NCBI GenBank assembly: GCA_963665815.1
Contig: OY762463.1
Span: 1,445,735-1,509,734 of the forward strand
Length of the DNA stretch: 64,000 nucleotides
Reading direction: 5' to 3'
Source of the DNA: Candidatus Cloacimonadales bacterium
Lineage (GTDB): Bacteria > Cloacimonadota > Cloacimonadia > Cloacimonadales > JAIOQZ01
The translations under genes and the position numbers were made by a program. Positions 62,472-64,000 of the stretch are shown piece after piece (positions within the stretch are counted from its first letter, which is position 1; the number at the start of each line of letters is the position of its first letter). Below the pieces are notes generated by a model. That model was not told the DNA's origin and searched no databases. It was given only the letters and a program-made list of their open reading frames with translations.

Positions 62472-63557
62472 TTATTTTAAGAGTATAAGTTTTTCTGTTT
62501 TTAACTCTTTTCCGCAATTTACTCTGAACAAGTAGACTCCTGAAGATACTCCAGCACCTGAGTTATCAAGTCCATTCCATGTAATTGTATGATTACCTGA
62601 GGATAATATTTTTGAAATCATATTCTTAACAAGCTGACCCTTAGCATTGTAGATTGATGCATTAACAAAACTTTCCCTTCTAAGGTTAAACTCTATAGTT
62701 GTTTTCGGATTAAACGGATTAGGATAAACTTTGATTTTCTCTATTCTTGCTTCAACTGATTCTTTGATAGGAGAATTGTCGGTGACAACAACATGCCATA
62801 CAGTTTCTCTACTATAATCAGTATTATCTATGCTGTTTGTCAGAACACACTTAACAACATGATTACCAATAGAGCTGAATACAGGGAATACCATATCTGC
62901 TACCAGCTCAGATTGTTCAATTTCATCAATGAACCAACTGTATGTATATGGCTGCTCAGTAAATACTGCAAACATGGTTTCAGATGTGATTTCGCATTCA
63001 ACAGAATCTGCTTCCGGAAATTTGCTGTAGATTTGAGGAGTTAAAACACGAATACTGTCAATATTAACCGGAGTAATCGGTCTGTCATTAACATCTGTTG
63101 GGGTCGCCCCAATTGCATATACAACATCCATACCTTCAATAATCTCTCCGAATACTGCATGGTGATTATCAAGTTGTGATTGAGCAGTCAATGTGATAAA
63201 GTACTGTGACCCACCCGTATTAGCCCCTGCATTTGCCATTGACAGAACTCCGGGACCATCATGAAGTAATTCAGGATGAAATTCGTCAGGAATTGTATAC
63301 CCAGGTCCACCTGTTCCCGTACCATTGGGACACCCGTCCTGAATCATAAAACCATCAATTACTCTGTGGAAAATCAAGCCATCATAAAAGTTATCCATAG
63401 ATAATCCAATAAAATTTCCTGCTGTTATCGGAACGAGATCTTCACGTAATTCAGCTTTGAAATTGCCCATTGAAGTATACCACTGCACAATAGTTTGAGA
63501 ATACAAAGCTGATATTGTAAATACAACAAACATAGTAAATATAAGTTTCCTTATCAT
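62472..63557 (-). CDS. Cyclophilin-type peptidyl-prolyl cis-trans isomerase with signal peptide, Ig-like linker domain and T9SS-type CTD
   Basis: FHRVIDGFMIQDGCP, GVLSMANAGANTGGSQYFITL, HAVFGEIIEGMDVV. Signal peptide ...ALYS|QTIV. CTD VYPNPFNPKTTIEFNL...IYNAKGQLV...SGVYLFRV. Confidence 0.88.
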   Translation of the reverse strand: MIRKLIFTMFVVFTISALYSQTIVQWYTSMGNFKAELREDLVPITAGNFIGLSMDNFYDGLIFHRVIDGFMIQDGCPNGTGTGGPGYTIPDEFHPELLHDGPGVLSMANAGANTGGSQYFITLTAQSQLDNHHAVFGEIIEGMDVVYAIGATPTDVNDRPITPVNIDSIRVLTPQIYSKFPEADSVECEITSETMFAVFTEQPYTYSWFIDEIEQSELVADMVFPVFSSIGNHVVKCVLTNSIDNTDYSRETVWHVVVTDNSPIKESVEARIEKIKVYPNPFNPKTTIEFNLRRESFVNASIYNAKGQLVKNMISKILSSGNHTITWNGLDNSGAGVSSGVYLFRVNCGKELKTEKLILLK

Positions 63558-63847
63558 CCTTCTCTCCTGCTTCTTTTTCTAAAAAAATATAATATGTATT
63601 ATTAGTGTCAAGACTTTACTGATTATTCAAGTATGCACAAATATTTAAAGTATTGACTCCATAAAAACTATTAGTAATCTTAGTTGATTTTTGAGAGTGT
63701 TAATATTCTGGCATATTAATCTTATGTGTTAATCCATACTTTCAGATCATTCATAAAAAAACATCACAAAGTACTAAATATAAATTTGGCAAAATTATAG
63801 TAATCCTTAATTTATCTGGGAATATATATGTTAAAAGGAGTATAGAA

Positions 63848-64000
63848 ATGGCAGATTGTCAATGTTTACCAAAATGTCCATTCTTTAATGATAGAATGAA
63901 AAATATGCCTTCAATGGCGAATGTTTACAAGAAAAATTATTGTCGGGGCAACAATTCCGAATGTGCAAGGTTCATGATTTTTAAAGCATTTGGCAGTGAT
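63848..64000 (+). CDS. Small Cys-rich protein, 3'-truncated by window edge
   Basis: AAGGAG lies 7 nt before the ATG at 63848. MADCQCLPKCPFFNDRMKNMPSMANVYKKNYCRGNNSECARFMIFKAFGSD... is open to the window end. CxCx3CPFF...C...C pattern; family not recognised. Confidence 0.45.
   Translation, partial: MADCQCLPKCPFFNDRMKNMPSMANVYKKNYCRGNNSECARFMIFKAFGSD

Overview
Low-GC bacterial chromosome segment with about 45 credible protein-coding genes. I saw no rRNA, tRNA or CRISPR array by eye. Several secreted proteins end in the C-terminal motif NYPNPFNP(T/E)T...VYNI.GQKV...WNG.D..G..V.SGVYFYRL, which is a T9SS/FlgD-Ig-type sorting domain. Together with an anaerobic, hydrogen-centred gene content this suggests an FCB-group anaerobe, possibly Cloacimonadota-like (low-confidence inference). 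Contents in order: (1) The 3' part of an EF-G gene. (2) Two minus-strand secreted-protein cassettes separated by three copies of a modular 0.4-0.6 kb intergenic repeat. (3) A tightly coupled 9-kb minus-strand operon, ispD / atypical 922-aa GlmS-like / ispF / miaB / CPA2 antiporter-EIIA fusion / APC permease-EIIA fusion. (4) A pseudo-radical-SAM/SPASM gene with a small lipoprotein gene and a divergent ECF-like sigma factor. (5) CheY plus a degenerate HAMP/MCP-like protein, a second receiver, and a 916-aa TPR protein. (6) A frameshifted skp/ompH gene. (7) A tandem DUF2161-like nuclease-fold pair. (8) tauE - ygiQ - csp - ppdK. (9) A 1082-aa hybrid sensor kinase. (10) A 2.4-kb non-coding island of tandemly duplicated composite repeats (truncated DUF559 modules, interleaved 13-mer inverted repeats, GAGACA/TGTCTC hairpins), followed by a lone DUF3800-like gene. 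(11) A rex-controlled [FeFe]-hydrogenase cluster (Cys-less Trx-like protein, NuoE-like, NuoF-like, HydA), followed by a leader/terminator and the maturation operon TM1266-like / hydG / aspA-like / hydE / hydF. (12) Four consecutive T9SS-type cargo genes: an 1852-aa MAM-repeat protein, a 1303-aa protein, a 641-aa protein, and a cyclophilin-CTD fusion. The least explained and most interesting parts are the 36.1-39.7 kb repeat island with DUF3800, the modular intergenic repeats at 1.4-6.6 kb, the pseudo-rSAM locus, and several atypical features of the hydrogenase cluster. All functional calls rest on motif recognition by eye. No database search was possible.
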